Shown in pieces: positions 1 through 10,362 of a stretch of DNA of 64,000 nt; the stretch's first letter is position 1, and each line of letters starts with the position of its first letter. The stretch comes from a virus (lineage: Duplodnaviria > Heunggongvirae > Uroviricota > Caudoviricetes). Both the position numbers and the translations under genes were made by a program. The stretch covers positions 64,001 through 128,000 of the IMG/VR virus record IMGVR_UViG_3300044618_002782; one strand, given 5' to 3'. Below the pieces are notes generated by a model that was not told the origin of the DNA, did not search any database, and saw only the letters and a list, made by a program, of their open reading frames with translations.

Positions 1-1358
1 GCCACTGCTTTACTTTTGATAATGTTGTTGTATCGAGTAAAAGGAAAGTTGTTGTAATCTTCGCCGTTGACCATGCGATTTTGTGTGTAGTATCTGGCTG
101 GAGCACGTTGTTTAATTTCTTCGATGGTTTCACGTGGTTGTGCGTTGGATACTGGCTGTGTAATTCCACAGTTGAAAGTGATGGTTTCTAAACGTCCAAA
201 GCGACTGATATAGCTAATGGGTATCAGAATGCTTTGCATTTCTTCTGGATTGATTATGTATTGTAATCCGTTAGATGAACGCACGTAGCTGCGGAACAGG
301 CCAACTGGCACTTCGGCAAACACGCCATCACCAAATGTCAGGGTAATCTGATCATTGGCACGACTGGTGATACTGTAAATCTTTCGTTGCTCTGGGGTTA
401 GTTGCTCAACTGCAGCGGCATATATGCTTTCTTCATACAACCATTCGCTTGCAATCGAACCAACGTTGTCCAGCTTGTATAGCCAGTAGTCTTCGTTGTT
501 GACGCCTTCAATGTTGATGTTGACCGTACGGTTAGGAATAGCTTCTGCCAGGTTAAAATCTTGGTTGAGCAAAATGCCTTGTTTGAAAAGAAAGAAGTAA
601 CCGGTGTTGTCGCTGCCAAATCCCAAAGAATCGTTGCGGTACAGCACATTAAAAATACCACTGGGTCTGGGAGCAGGTTCATACACATAGTCACGACCTT
701 GGCTGGTGCTACTGACTGCTTCAAATGGCATACTGACGCCATCGACTGTGCTGTTGTAAGAAACAATGGGCAGAAATCCTGGGACCAAATTCAATGAGTA
801 CTCTTCGGTACGTACACCTAAGATATTTTGTGTGTTGCCGGGACGGCCAAACTTCTGACTGTCAACCATAGCAGCATTGGTAATGTAGGTAAATTGCTCA
901 AACCAGTTGGGGTTGGTAGGATCATTCCAGTTGACAGTGACATTAGACAAGTTGATGCCGTTGAAATCTGTAATATCTTCAGTTGTGGTAACCGAAAATA
1001 CTTTTAAAAATCCCTGTGCTGCTTGATTACGCTTGGGTGTATAACTGACCAAGTTGGCTAAACGCACCACTGAATCGCGCCTTTCTGCAGTGTCTAAAAA
1101 GTTTTCACGTGCATTTAGATCATTGCGAAATGCCAAGGCCTGACCCATAAACGCCATAACGTCTAGTAAAGCAATAAATTCTGAGCTTTCGATGTAGTCG
1201 TTGAATGTTTCTGGGTAATACAAGCGCAGATAATCTACAAAACTCTTGCGTAAAGTTTCAAAATCGTAGCTTTGAAAGTCAGCTTCTCGGTAGGTCTGAT
1301 ACAGACGCTTCCAATCTTCAACTCCAAATATTGCGGTTTGCCGGGTAGTCTTGGCCAT
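1..1358 (-). CDS. gp6: Baseplate wedge subunit, T4 gp6-like (runs off the left edge; absent from the ORF track)
   Basis: Manual translation from ATG at 1358: MAKTTRQTAIFGVEDWKRLYQTYREADFQSYDFETLRKSF...ENFLDTAERRDSVVRLANLVSYTPKRN...ETIEEIKQRAPARYYTQNRMVNGEDY. These are gp6/baseplate-J motifs; the frame is open for 452 codons to the edge and lies next to gp25. Confidence 0.88.
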   Translation of the reverse strand, partial: MAKTTRQTAIFGVEDWKRLYQTYREADFQSYDFETLRKSFVDYLRLYYPETFNDYIESSEFIALLDVMAFMGQALAFRNDLNARENFLDTAERRDSVVRLANLVSYTPKRNQAAQGFLKVFSVTTTEDITDFNGINLSNVTVNWNDPTNPNWFEQFTYITNAAMVDSQKFGRPGNTQNILGVRTEEYSLNLVPGFLPIVSYNSTVDGVSMPFEAVSSTSQGRDYVYEPAPRPSGIFNVLYRNDSLGFGSDNTGYFFLFKQGILLNQDFNLAEAIPNRTVNINIEGVNNEDYWLYKLDNVGSIASEWLYEESIYAAAVEQLTPEQRKIYSITSRANDQITLTFGDGVFAEVPVGLFRSYVRSSNGLQYIINPEEMQSILIPISYISRFGRLETITFNCGITQPVSNAQPRETIEEIKQRAPARYYTQNRMVNGEDYNNFPFTRYNNIIKSKAV

Positions 1359-1405
1359 AATATCTCACTGTTGTGTTATTTATCGATAGAAATAACGTGG
1401 TAGTT

Positions 1406-1780
1406 TTAGATATAACCGGCTCGTTGAGATTGTTGGTCTAAAAACAGCACAAGCAATTGGTTAACTGAACTGGGTACTACCTGCACCAGCATTTCTATTC
1501 GTATGCCGTTGTTTTGCGGATATACTTCGGCACTGGCAAGATACAGCCGTGGATCTTGTGCTGCTACACGTTGTAATTCAGCCAGGATTGCATTTTCAGT
1601 GTCTGGACTTTGATTTTCAAACACAAAGCTCCACAATGTGGTGCCGTAGCCAGGCAAGCCCGGTACCTCACCTTGTCTGATGTTGAGAGCGTTTGCAAAG
1701 TCGCGTTTAACCAACTCAAAATCTATCAAGGTAAATTTTTTAAATTGATTGATTGTATTGAATCCAACAAAAGTAGTCAT
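1406..1780 (-). CDS. gp25: Baseplate wedge subunit, gp25-like
   Basis: LIDFELVKRDFANALNIRQGEVPGLPGYGTTLWSFVFE...DPRL is the gp25/GPW pattern. Start moved to ATG 1780, which has TAAATA 5 nt upstream. Confidence 0.85.
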   Translation of the reverse strand: MTTFVGFNTINQFKKFTLIDFELVKRDFANALNIRQGEVPGLPGYGTTLWSFVFENQSPDTENAILAELQRVAAQDPRLYLASAEVYPQNNGIRIEMLVQVVPSSVNQLLVLFLDQQSQRAGYI

Positions 1781-1796
1781 GTGCGTATTTAATCCA

Positions 1797-4196
1797 TTAT
1801 ACAATATTAATTCTGCTGAGCGCGGCAGCACCTACTTCGTTGCCAACTCTCGCAGAAATATTTTGTGCTTCAGCTTCTGATTTGCCTTCTCGTTTGGCCT
1901 GTTCGTAAGCAGCTACTCTGGCGTCCTGCTGCTCAGCTCTAATATCAAATGTTTGTGTTCGATCTTTGGGTTTAAATTCTGGAGGCGGAACCTTGGGATT
2001 GCCAATTACTGAAACTACAGCAGAGTTGATTCCGTTTCGGCTGACAGTTTGAGTAGCTCCAAAAATAGCTGCAATGATTCCACCAAAATTTCCCAGTCCT
2101 AACTTGCTGGTAACCAAGCTGACAGCCTGTTGCGCATTCTTAGACAAGCTGTTGATTTGATTTACAATCTTTTGGTTGGCATTGCCTTTAACCCACTCAG
2201 TAACTGCCCCTGGTCCAAATTTAACAGTGGACTGTATCAGCGGCGCCAACTGTAATGGTTTTTCTAGTCCTTTTAGCACCCCTGATGCTCGCAGTTGAGC
2301 AGCACCGCGACGCATGAGATCCTGTTGCATTAGACCCTGTAAATTTACATTGCCGAGTATTCCGTTGATGCCGTTGACATTGTTTTTACCAGTCCAAATA
2401 GTAGGACTTGTCAGCAATGCATTCAAACTTGACGAATTTCCAAGATACTGCGAAACTGTGCCAGGTTTGACAAATCCCAGCTGTTCCAGCTGTATTGGCG
2501 AAATCCCATACTTGCCAATTCCTTTTTCGACGCTGAATATATTGAACGGTTGATTCACACTGGCTGCTGCACTGCTCATCATGCCAGTGAGTTCCTTAGA
2601 GTTCAAGCCAGGAATATCGACAGTGGCCGGTGGTTCTTTTAGTACTTGTGCAGCGTTGACCGGCACAGTAACCGGTTCATCAGCCAACTGTGCCACAGCT
2701 TCGGTACTGGGAGGCGGTGGAGCTGCTGCGGCTGCTGCTGCTTCTGCTGGTCCGCCTTGATCCAACGCAACTTTGACTTCAACACCACGATTGTGATAAG
2801 GATACGGCTCGTGTGTAGGAGCACGGGTCACAATAGTTTTTAGTTTGCCTTCTTCTACTTTCCACCCCACATTAGTTTCAAATATGGTATCCGGCAATTC
2901 TAAATCTTCTATCACTGTTGGCTTGCTAACTGATCCTGGACTGGCGCCACCGTTGAGATCGATGGTTCCGGCTTTGAGAGCCATGCTGCCCCCGGCATCC
3001 CAGCCGCCACCTGAACTTTTCATGTTCAAAGCACCGTCGCTGAGTACGCCAAAGTTGCCTTTGCTGTAAGCTGCTAGTGTGCCTTCGGCTGCTAACTCAA
3101 GATTTTTTGTGCTGTTGATTTTTACACTTTTGCTTTTGATATTGATACTTTCACCGGCAAACATGTTGATGTTTTTGTCGGCATGTAAGTTAATATCTCC
3201 TTCGGTTCTCACGTTGACTGAGTTGGTAGAATACACATCTAAGGTGCCTTCTGTTCCTAATTCGATCCAACTTTGCCCGTTGGCATGTATGATATAAAAG
3301 CAGTCGCCGTCATCACTCATAGTGATTTGATGACCCTTGCTGGTGCGTATGCGTATTAGATTGTCAAATCCTTGCAGATCTCCGTCATCCATCACAATGC
3401 TGTGTCCGCCACGTCGACTAATAATCTTGACATCTTCCAATCGCTTGGCGCTGGAATTGGTCTTGTCGACAATGTTTTCTTTGTTTTCGTTTAGACCAGC
3501 TTGATAAACTGGTCGTCCTGGAGTACTGATACCGTAGACAGAACTGGGACTTTCTCGTTGACTATTGCTGGTGATAGGGCCACGTACAGTGTCGTCAATT
3601 AGTCCTTGCTGCAGCATGATGCCAGCCACATATGAATGCACTGGTTTCTTCTGATCGTAAAATCTGGGATTCTCATCAATTTCTTCGTTTTCTACGTTGA
3701 TTTCAGTGACTGGTAGCTGTTTGGCCTTGCTGAAATAATTTTTATCTTTGCTGTCGCCTAGATCAAAATTCTTGCTAGCGCCGATGGCCGGTATCATATG
3801 ATTAACAGCTGGATCTGGAATACATCCTATGTAGTACCCTTGGTTGGGATCACCTGCAACAAAAAAGCAAATTACTTGGGTACCAAGATCTGGTGGAGTA
3901 AACCACATGCCGTAACTTTGAGTATTGCCAACGTAATCGCCTGTACCAGTATCAGTGCCTGACTGTGCTACTGAACCATAAAAAGGCGGCACATAACTAA
4001 CTGTACGCCATAGACTTGTGTCATCTGGATCCTCGCCACCAAACTGTTCAATGTAAACTTGTAAACGACCAGATCTATTGCTGTCCACATTGTTTTTTAC
4101 TTCGCCGATAAACGGACCAAATTCTGCGGGGTTACCGCCGCGGTCAAACTTATAACCTTGACCACGGCCACGACTGCGTTGAATATTATCTGACAT
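1797..4196 (-). CDS. gp5: Baseplate hub / central spike protein, gp5/VgrG-like, with a C-terminal lysozyme-like extension
   Basis: N-terminal OB-fold motifs (GEVKNNVD..RSGRLQVYI, SYGMWFTPPDLGTQVICFFVAGDPNQGYYIG), beta-helix repeats (GHSIVMDD, GHQITMSD, SWIELG), PTHEPYPYH, then a GKYG..L..LG.VKPG domain. Confidence 0.8.
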   Translation of the reverse strand: MSDNIQRSRGRGQGYKFDRGGNPAEFGPFIGEVKNNVDSNRSGRLQVYIEQFGGEDPDDTSLWRTVSYVPPFYGSVAQSGTDTGTGDYVGNTQSYGMWFTPPDLGTQVICFFVAGDPNQGYYIGCIPDPAVNHMIPAIGASKNFDLGDSKDKNYFSKAKQLPVTEINVENEEIDENPRFYDQKKPVHSYVAGIMLQQGLIDDTVRGPITSNSQRESPSSVYGISTPGRPVYQAGLNENKENIVDKTNSSAKRLEDVKIISRRGGHSIVMDDGDLQGFDNLIRIRTSKGHQITMSDDGDCFYIIHANGQSWIELGTEGTLDVYSTNSVNVRTEGDINLHADKNINMFAGESINIKSKSVKINSTKNLELAAEGTLAAYSKGNFGVLSDGALNMKSSGGGWDAGGSMALKAGTIDLNGGASPGSVSKPTVIEDLELPDTIFETNVGWKVEEGKLKTIVTRAPTHEPYPYHNRGVEVKVALDQGGPAEAAAAAAAPPPPSTEAVAQLADEPVTVPVNAAQVLKEPPATVDIPGLNSKELTGMMSSAAASVNQPFNIFSVEKGIGKYGISPIQLEQLGFVKPGTVSQYLGNSSSLNALLTSPTIWTGKNNVNGINGILGNVNLQGLMQQDLMRRGAAQLRASGVLKGLEKPLQLAPLIQSTVKFGPGAVTEWVKGNANQKIVNQINSLSKNAQQAVSLVTSKLGLGNFGGIIAAIFGATQTVSRNGINSAVVSVIGNPKVPPPEFKPKDRTQTFDIRAEQQDARVAAYEQAKREGKSEAEAQNISARVGNEVGAAALSRINIV

Positions 4197-6907
4197 TAAG
4201 GTTCCCTGCTGCTAATTTGTGGTGTTCGAGGTATAGCAGCACCCGGCTGCGTCCCGCGACTAATTGGGACTCCCGGAAAGCTAATTGCTCCAGCTGCTTG
4301 AATCTGCGGTAAAAATTTTTCTACTGCAAGATCTTGACTCAGTCGACGGGCTGTGGTTAAAGCTTGCTGATCTATAAGTTCTCGCTCACGAGGTGTTACT
4401 GTACCGTTATTGTTTCTTTGAGCCTGTGCTGTTAACCTTGCGACCTCGGTGGCAAAAATTTCGTTTTCTTTTTGTTTTTGAAAATCGCTGTAGGCTTTGG
4501 CACCTGCAGGATCCTTTTGTCTAAAAGTTGTCTCACTAAATGTATATCCTCTTGACAAGTCGCCAGGCGGTTGAGTAGTTCCGCCTGGGCCTACTGGTTG
4601 TCCGCCACTGGTAGGTGGCGTTGGCGGTGCTGCAGGAGCTGGTGTAGAAGGATTTGCTGGAGCAGGTGGTGTGGTTGGCGACGAAGGTTGACCTGGATTA
4701 GTGGTACCCGCACCGGTTTCTGTGTTTTGCGAGTCAACAGCAGGATCACCAGTATTGTCTTTGATAGCACTGGGAGGAAATGTTATCAATACACCTTCAA
4801 GATCCTGAGTAAATCTACCGTTGGCAAATGTACTGACAACACTGACTGCTCGATAAATGAAGCTGTAGGTGGCCAACCCATTGCCAATGGCACCATTGAC
4901 ATACCGGTTAGCTCCGAGATCAGTGCTGCCAACTTCCATTCGACCTGATTGTAAATCGTAGTCTACTGGACTATTAAATCCAATTTCAAACAAAGGTTCC
5001 TGCACTTCGGTGTTGATACTACCGTCAGGGAAAAATGGTTCTTGAATTCCTGTGCCTTCAGTTGAACCAAACCAAAATTCACCTTGGTGTATCCATGCAG
5101 GATCTCCCAAGATTGATAGTTTGGTCTTGGCCAGATCGCTCGGGCTGTATAACTGTTGGGCTGCGTTTGCCCCGCCTTCGTTGGTTTTTCCTGCCAATCC
5201 CTGATCACTTTCGTTGCTGCGAGGCTGGTAAACGTACTTGGCTTCTTCCCGAAAGTTCAAAGTGGTACTCGGTGTTGATTGTCCAATGTTGATTACAACA
5301 TTATAGAGATAATTAAAATCTTGTTCAAAACTAAGTATCTCTGTATTAAGACCAGTAAACCAGTATAGATATTTTTTATGTGTTCCTTTGAACTTGGTTG
5401 AAGGAAAATAAGGACCTTTGATTTCGTTCACACGATACGGGCCCACAACATAGGTTATCTTGTAAGCATAATCTCTACGCTTGGCATCATACTGAATAGG
5501 TTCGACTTTAACGCCTATCCGAAACCAATCCACACCTTGCCCATTATCAGTATTTCGTTCTTCTTCTTCTCCATCAATAGTGATAATTTTCAACTGTTGA
5601 TTATAGATATAGTCGCTGTTGCGTATGGTTTGATCTAAAAATTGAATTATGCTGGTACCGGCTGTGGCGCTGGTAGTTTTAGAGTTGGCAGCACCGGTTT
5701 GTACAGCGCCATTGACTTGTTGGTTGGCGTTTTGTGGCTGCACAGTTGCACCTTGTGGTTTAGGTGCAGGACCAGGTGGCAGCACCGACGCATTTTCTAA
5801 AGCAGGATCAGTAAAAACAATATCATACACATCGGCAACTTCGAATACACCCGGACCGGCTGCATCTTCAGAAGTGCCAGTTAGAAGTTCCTGATATTGA
5901 TTCAGTGCTTCGATCAGCCCAGATACAATAGTAGGCTTAGGTGCAGCGGTGGCTTTTGGTGGCGGTTTTGGGGTTGCACCAGCAGTGGGTGTAGGTGCAG
6001 GGGCTGGAGGTGCCACTGTAGTACTATAGCTGGCGTTGCCACTTAGAATTTCTTTCAAAGTTGGTGCATTAATTTCTACGTTGTAAGGAATTGTACCACG
6101 CATTTGACCAGTTGCTATAGTGTTAGAGACGCAGGCTGCGGAACAATCGTATTCTGTTAATTTGTTAGCAATGCGAAACTTGATTGAACTAAATTGAAAA
6201 GGGATCCATTTTTCAATTACTGCAGTTGCGCCAGAGCCAGTTTTGAGACCTTGTGCTTGAACCATTTTGCCTGTGTCGTCGTATCCGTAGAATTTGATCA
6301 CCATGCAATAATTTTGTGAACCATAACTTTGGTCTTTACCTATGTAGGCTTGCGTGGCTGCAAGTAAGTTAGGTATCAGACTGATGCCATTGGGTTCGAT
6401 GATTTTAAAATTAAGAGATGAGTTGGAGTGCGGGCTCCTAGTTCCTTTCCCAGGTTGTTGCGTAGTCAATTTCACATCGTTGATGTAAAAATCCAAAGGA
6501 AAAAATTGATTGCGCCCGGCTGTGGCATCAGCTTGAGCAGTTGTAGATACGCCAGTTACTCCAGTGTTGCCACCGGGTGTACCTGTACCTGCTGTGGACG
6601 AGTTGGGTGCTCCACCGCTGCTCATCAACAGTTGCGCACCGGGAATTTTAAATCGTTTGGTGCGGACTATTTCATTATAGTCCTTGGGCGACAATATGTA
6701 AATGCTGATATTGTAGGTATAAGAGGCATATTGACTGAGAATATTGTCTTGAGGAATAATTCTTTCTGAATTGCTGTCTCGTACGGCACGAGCTGCCTGA
6801 GATGGTACTGTGTTGTCGTCTCTGGCAACGTTGGTGTTATTTCTAATAGGGGCATTGGTGCCTGTGTTGGCATTGGGAGTAAATGGAACAGGTTGCGATG
6901 TAGCCAT
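4196..6907 (-). CDS. Baseplate hub protein (gp27/late-control-D-like) with Pro/Thr-rich linkers
   Basis: 903 aa ORF between the gp53-like and gp5 genes; motifs NILSQYASYTYNISIY, ILGDPAWI, YRAVSVVSTFANGRFTQDLEG. Function inferred from position. Confidence 0.55.
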   Translation of the reverse strand: MATSQPVPFTPNANTGTNAPIRNNTNVARDDNTVPSQAARAVRDSNSERIIPQDNILSQYASYTYNISIYILSPKDYNEIVRTKRFKIPGAQLLMSSGGAPNSSTAGTGTPGGNTGVTGVSTTAQADATAGRNQFFPLDFYINDVKLTTQQPGKGTRSPHSNSSLNFKIIEPNGISLIPNLLAATQAYIGKDQSYGSQNYCMVIKFYGYDDTGKMVQAQGLKTGSGATAVIEKWIPFQFSSIKFRIANKLTEYDCSAACVSNTIATGQMRGTIPYNVEINAPTLKEILSGNASYSTTVAPPAPAPTPTAGATPKPPPKATAAPKPTIVSGLIEALNQYQELLTGTSEDAAGPGVFEVADVYDIVFTDPALENASVLPPGPAPKPQGATVQPQNANQQVNGAVQTGAANSKTTSATAGTSIIQFLDQTIRNSDYIYNQQLKIITIDGEEEERNTDNGQGVDWFRIGVKVEPIQYDAKRRDYAYKITYVVGPYRVNEIKGPYFPSTKFKGTHKKYLYWFTGLNTEILSFEQDFNYLYNVVINIGQSTPSTTLNFREEAKYVYQPRSNESDQGLAGKTNEGGANAAQQLYSPSDLAKTKLSILGDPAWIHQGEFWFGSTEGTGIQEPFFPDGSINTEVQEPLFEIGFNSPVDYDLQSGRMEVGSTDLGANRYVNGAIGNGLATYSFIYRAVSVVSTFANGRFTQDLEGVLITFPPSAIKDNTGDPAVDSQNTETGAGTTNPGQPSSPTTPPAPANPSTPAPAAPPTPPTSGGQPVGPGGTTQPPGDLSRGYTFSETTFRQKDPAGAKAYSDFQKQKENEIFATEVARLTAQAQRNNNGTVTPRERELIDQQALTTARRLSQDLAVEKFLPQIQAAGAISFPGVPISRGTQPGAAIPRTPQISSREP

Positions 6908-6911
6908 GTTA

Positions 6912-7211
6912 CTAGAATCCTAGAACAGTTTGTAAAGTGTTTATTTTGGGAAGATAAATTGTGGTTCCTGCGGCAAAATCCCACGGTGGTGCAGTCAAGG
7001 TATTGGGATTGCGTTGATAAAATACCCACCATAGGCCGGGCTGTTGATACAGGTCGTAGGCCAGTAGGTCGGGACGATACTGATAGGTTTGATTTATTTC
7101 AAACACTGTATCGTCTACCTCTTTGGGGAAGTTACGGTCAGTCATGACATCCAGATAAAACTGCACATAATTTGTCAGGAAGTAGGGGCTTGTGGGGTTA
7201 TAGGTGGCCAT
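6912..7211 (-). CDS. gp53: Baseplate wedge protein, gp53-like (LysM-like)
   Basis: YQYRPDLLAYDLYQQPGLWWVF..RNP..L..P..DF..GT.IYLP matches gp53/tail X. ATG at 7211 overlaps the upstream TAA. Confidence 0.75.
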   Translation of the reverse strand: MATYNPTSPYFLTNYVQFYLDVMTDRNFPKEVDDTVFEINQTYQYRPDLLAYDLYQQPGLWWVFYQRNPNTLTAPPWDFAAGTTIYLPKINTLQTVLGF

Positions 7212-9226
7212 TACCAAAATCCTCGTTGAACCAATGAACCATTGGCAAATCTTTCCAAGCTGAACTCTCGACTCACTTGCGAACGTGTCTGCATGGGCAA
7301 CAGTACCAGCGTAATCTCCATTTTGGTTGGTACATAGGTTGGTTGCGCACGACCTAATGTCACAGGCGGTGGTGTGGGTCTCATTCCACCAGAGTTTAAT
7401 CCAGACGCAATCATACGCCCATTCGATGGATTACTGCCACCGACTGTAGTGGTCTGACGATCTCGGCGTTTCAACAGGCTGGTACCATCAATGTTGGGTG
7501 CGCCAGCACGAATATAGTCAACATCAGCCGGCAGATTGTAGTTAAATGTCTGCACCACGCAAGGGTTTAGATTAAATTGAAAATCGCCATAACCCTGCAA
7601 GAATACCAAGGGCGGAGGACTGCCTCTAAAAGCATCTTGTTGTCCGTAAAACATTTTGGTCACACTGCGGAAAAATTGTATCACTGCCAACAGATAAGCA
7701 GCTTCATTTGAATCCTGTGCTGTAAATGTAGCGGTTATATTCAGCTCGCCCACATGACTGCCTTGATAAAAGTATCCACGATAATTGCTATGTGTTAAAT
7801 CATAACTGTTGTACTGAGCTGTGTAGGTGGTAGTGATTGAGGGAGTGTAGGGGAATATTACTCCGTCTGTGACTTGCAAAGGTTGTAAAATGCCAGGCTC
7901 GGCAGCGTTGTAAAGATAATCGCTGCCGGGTGCTAGTCGTAATTTTAGTCGCCAATCGCCAGCGGCTGCTTGTGCTCGCTGTGCTTGTAACTGTGCTTGA
8001 GCACGAGCATTGTCTCTTGCGTTTTGTTGCTCTGCAGCTAGTGCTATTTCTGCTGCAGTTTTTGCAGTGGTTGTTACTGTGGCTGGTCTTGCCGGCGGTG
8101 GCGGTGGCGGTGGCGGCACCTGCGGATTGGTAGCTGGAGAAACTGGGTTGGGTAAAGCAGCGCCTGGGGGTGTGGGCACAAATGCAGTTTCGTCACCGGT
8201 GATGCTGGGAGGATCTGCTGGTGTTACCTGTGGATTGGCAGCAGGTGCCACAGGTGGCGGCGCTGCTGTACGAGCGCGGGCTATTGCAGCATTACGAAAA
8301 CGGTCGTAGCTTGCTTCCTCTCTGATCAGGCGCTCCCGTAGTTCATTTACTCGCGCAATGACTGCAGGGTTTCTTGGACTGATAAGCTCAGTCCTGAACA
8401 GATTGTCCCGCGTCACAAAGACGTCATTACCCAGACGTGCCAAGGTATCTAGATCTGTTTGATTAGTAATGACCACGCCGCCAAGGAGAACCTGCAGCGG
8501 AGAGTCGCTGATGACGGCGTCGGCAGGTACTTGCGGATTGGTAGCAGGATTTACTGTAGGTGCCGCTGCCACCTGCGTCTGCGCAGGTGTAGTTGCAGCA
8601 GGTACTTGTGGATTGGCTGTCGGGCTAACTGCACTATTAGTAGCTGATGCATTTATAACAAAAACTGGAGTACCGTTATCAAGAAATTGAGTTAGTACAG
8701 CCCCGTCTTCTCTAACATCACCAATCTGGCGATTAAAGCTACCACCGTCATCCCTTAGTGGTAGTAGAGGGCGGCCAGGCGGCGGTGTCGGAGCAGCAGC
8801 AGGTGCCTGCGGATTGGCAGCAGGATTAACTGGGGCAGTATTGGATGATATTGGCGGAATAGGTTGTGTTGCTAACGGGGTTGGTGCTGGGCTGTTCGTT
8901 AGTTGACCTGCACCTGCATTGGCAATTTGCACAGCAAATTTTTGGTTTGCAGCAAGTGTAGCGTTATCTCTTGCTGCAAAGACAATCTGATTAAACTGGG
9001 CCTGAGTTACATTATCTGGTCCGCCAGCTGCTACAGCAGCTTCGTTAAAATATTTGTTAGCTAATGCATTTCGTCCTTGTGCTATATCTCCTTCGTATTC
9101 TCTAAATGCTGCAGCATTGTTTTTTCTGAATTCATCGCGATCAACCGGACCGATAATATCTCGCACCAGAGCCGGGACCTGTGGATTGGGTGGGTTAGCA
9201 ACTGTAGTAGGTGGATTGGTGGCCAT
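7211..9226 (-). CDS. Baseplate-tube junction protein (gp48/gp54-like C-terminal domain) with a long Pro/Ala-rich N-terminal extension
   Basis: C-terminal GVIFPYTPSI, THSNY, ITATFTAQDSNEAAYLLAVIQFFRSVTKMFYG, PPPLVFLQGYG is a tube-fold initiator pattern. The N-terminal 400 aa carry six NPQ(V/A)(P/T) repeats. Confidence 0.6.
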   Translation of the reverse strand: MATNPPTTVANPPNPQVPALVRDIIGPVDRDEFRKNNAAAFREYEGDIAQGRNALANKYFNEAAVAAGGPDNVTQAQFNQIVFAARDNATLAANQKFAVQIANAGAGQLTNSPAPTPLATQPIPPISSNTAPVNPAANPQAPAAAPTPPPGRPLLPLRDDGGSFNRQIGDVREDGAVLTQFLDNGTPVFVINASATNSAVSPTANPQVPAATTPAQTQVAAAPTVNPATNPQVPADAVISDSPLQVLLGGVVITNQTDLDTLARLGNDVFVTRDNLFRTELISPRNPAVIARVNELRERLIREEASYDRFRNAAIARARTAAPPPVAPAANPQVTPADPPSITGDETAFVPTPPGAALPNPVSPATNPQVPPPPPPPPARPATVTTTAKTAAEIALAAEQQNARDNARAQAQLQAQRAQAAAGDWRLKLRLAPGSDYLYNAAEPGILQPLQVTDGVIFPYTPSITTTYTAQYNSYDLTHSNYRGYFYQGSHVGELNITATFTAQDSNEAAYLLAVIQFFRSVTKMFYGQQDAFRGSPPPLVFLQGYGDFQFNLNPCVVQTFNYNLPADVDYIRAGAPNIDGTSLLKRRDRQTTTVGGSNPSNGRMIASGLNSGGMRPTPPPVTLGRAQPTYVPTKMEITLVLLPMQTRSQVSREFSLERFANGSLVQRGFW

Positions 9227-9310
9227 AAGTATCGTTATCCTATGTGTTATTTATCGAGATCAAAAACGGCTAAGTTTATAAAAATACCTGTTGTTTTTTG
9301 GCAACATTGT

Positions 9311-9318
9311 GTTATAAT
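9311..9318 (+). promoter_or_regulatory. Sigma70-type extended -10 promoter for gp55
   Basis: TGtTATAAT (TGn + TATAAT at 9313-9318) upstream of an AGGAG Shine-Dalgarno and a TTG start at 9343. Confidence 0.55.
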
Positions 9319-9342
9319 AAGTAATCCATTAGGAGAAGCAAG

Positions 9343-10287
9343 TTGTCATCAACAACTCCCATAACAACAATCGTAATTAAAAAACCCGGCAGAGTCAATT
9401 ATCTCAACAACAGAGATTTGCTGAAACAGATTCACCTCAGCAAGAACACCTACTGCGCCTATCGTGACCCTGTAACAGATCATCAGTATGATATCATTTT
9501 GCCCAGCCTTGATCGAATCAATCAGCGCACTGTGGCTGAAGCCAGACGCAACCGTGCTGATCGTATCAAACGAGAAACAGGCGAAATTGTCAATGACAAG
9601 AAAATACCCAACACAGATCTAGTGTTTAGAATCACCTGCTGGGAACACATACCGTGGGCACCCAAAAAAGAACCCAAACCGGTGGGCAAAAAGAAACAAC
9701 TCAAAGACATGCTGGAACTAGAAGATCCGGTAGAAGATCCCTTAGCCGATATTGTAGACGAAATTGTACTAGACCCCACTCATGTGCGTGTAAACTTTCC
9801 TCCGTTTTATCATTATCGTATTACAGAAGATAAAGACCCGTATCTTGTGGGTAAAAGCCATTGGCGCGGTGATTTAGAAACAGGCGAATACTGCCGCGAC
9901 CACGGAGACATGACAGCCGAACTGGCCAGAATGTTTTTGAAACTATGTGAACGTTATGCCACACGTAGCAATTGGCGTGGCTACACTTACAACGAAGAAA
10001 TGCGTGGTCAAGCCCTGTTACAGTTAAGTCAAATTGGTCTGCAGTTTGACGAAAGCAAAAGCCAGAACCCGTTTGCCTACTATACTGCTGCTATCACCAA
10101 TTCGTTTACTCGTATCTTAAATATTGAAAAGAAAATGCAAAACATTCGTGATGATATACTAGAAATGAACGGGCTTAATCCTAGCTGGACTCGACAGAAT
10201 TCAGGAAAACCGCATCAACAGCCGGGACCGGTCACTGTGCTTGATCCAGCTGATTTCCAAGCCCAAGAAGACGCTCGACAGCAATAA
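9343..10287 (+). CDS. gp55: Late-transcription sigma factor, T4 gp55-like
   Basis: NYLNNRDLL...CERYATRSNWRGYTYNEEMRGQALLQL..IGLQFDESKSQNPFAYYTAAITNSFTRILNIEKK are diagnostic gp55 motifs. Sits directly before gp47/gp46, as in T4. Confidence 0.9.
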   Translation: MSSTTPITTIVIKKPGRVNYLNNRDLLKQIHLSKNTYCAYRDPVTDHQYDIILPSLDRINQRTVAEARRNRADRIKRETGEIVNDKKIPNTDLVFRITCWEHIPWAPKKEPKPVGKKKQLKDMLELEDPVEDPLADIVDEIVLDPTHVRVNFPPFYHYRITEDKDPYLVGKSHWRGDLETGEYCRDHGDMTAELARMFLKLCERYATRSNWRGYTYNEEMRGQALLQLSQIGLQFDESKSQNPFAYYTAAITNSFTRILNIEKKMQNIRDDILEMNGLNPSWTRQNSGKPHQQPGPVTVLDPADFQAQEDARQQ

Positions 10288-10362
10288 GCTCTAACTGCTT
10301 GACTATCAGGGTGTACAATTGTTACAATTGTACAATTCCTGGCATCCGTCATCAAGGACACA

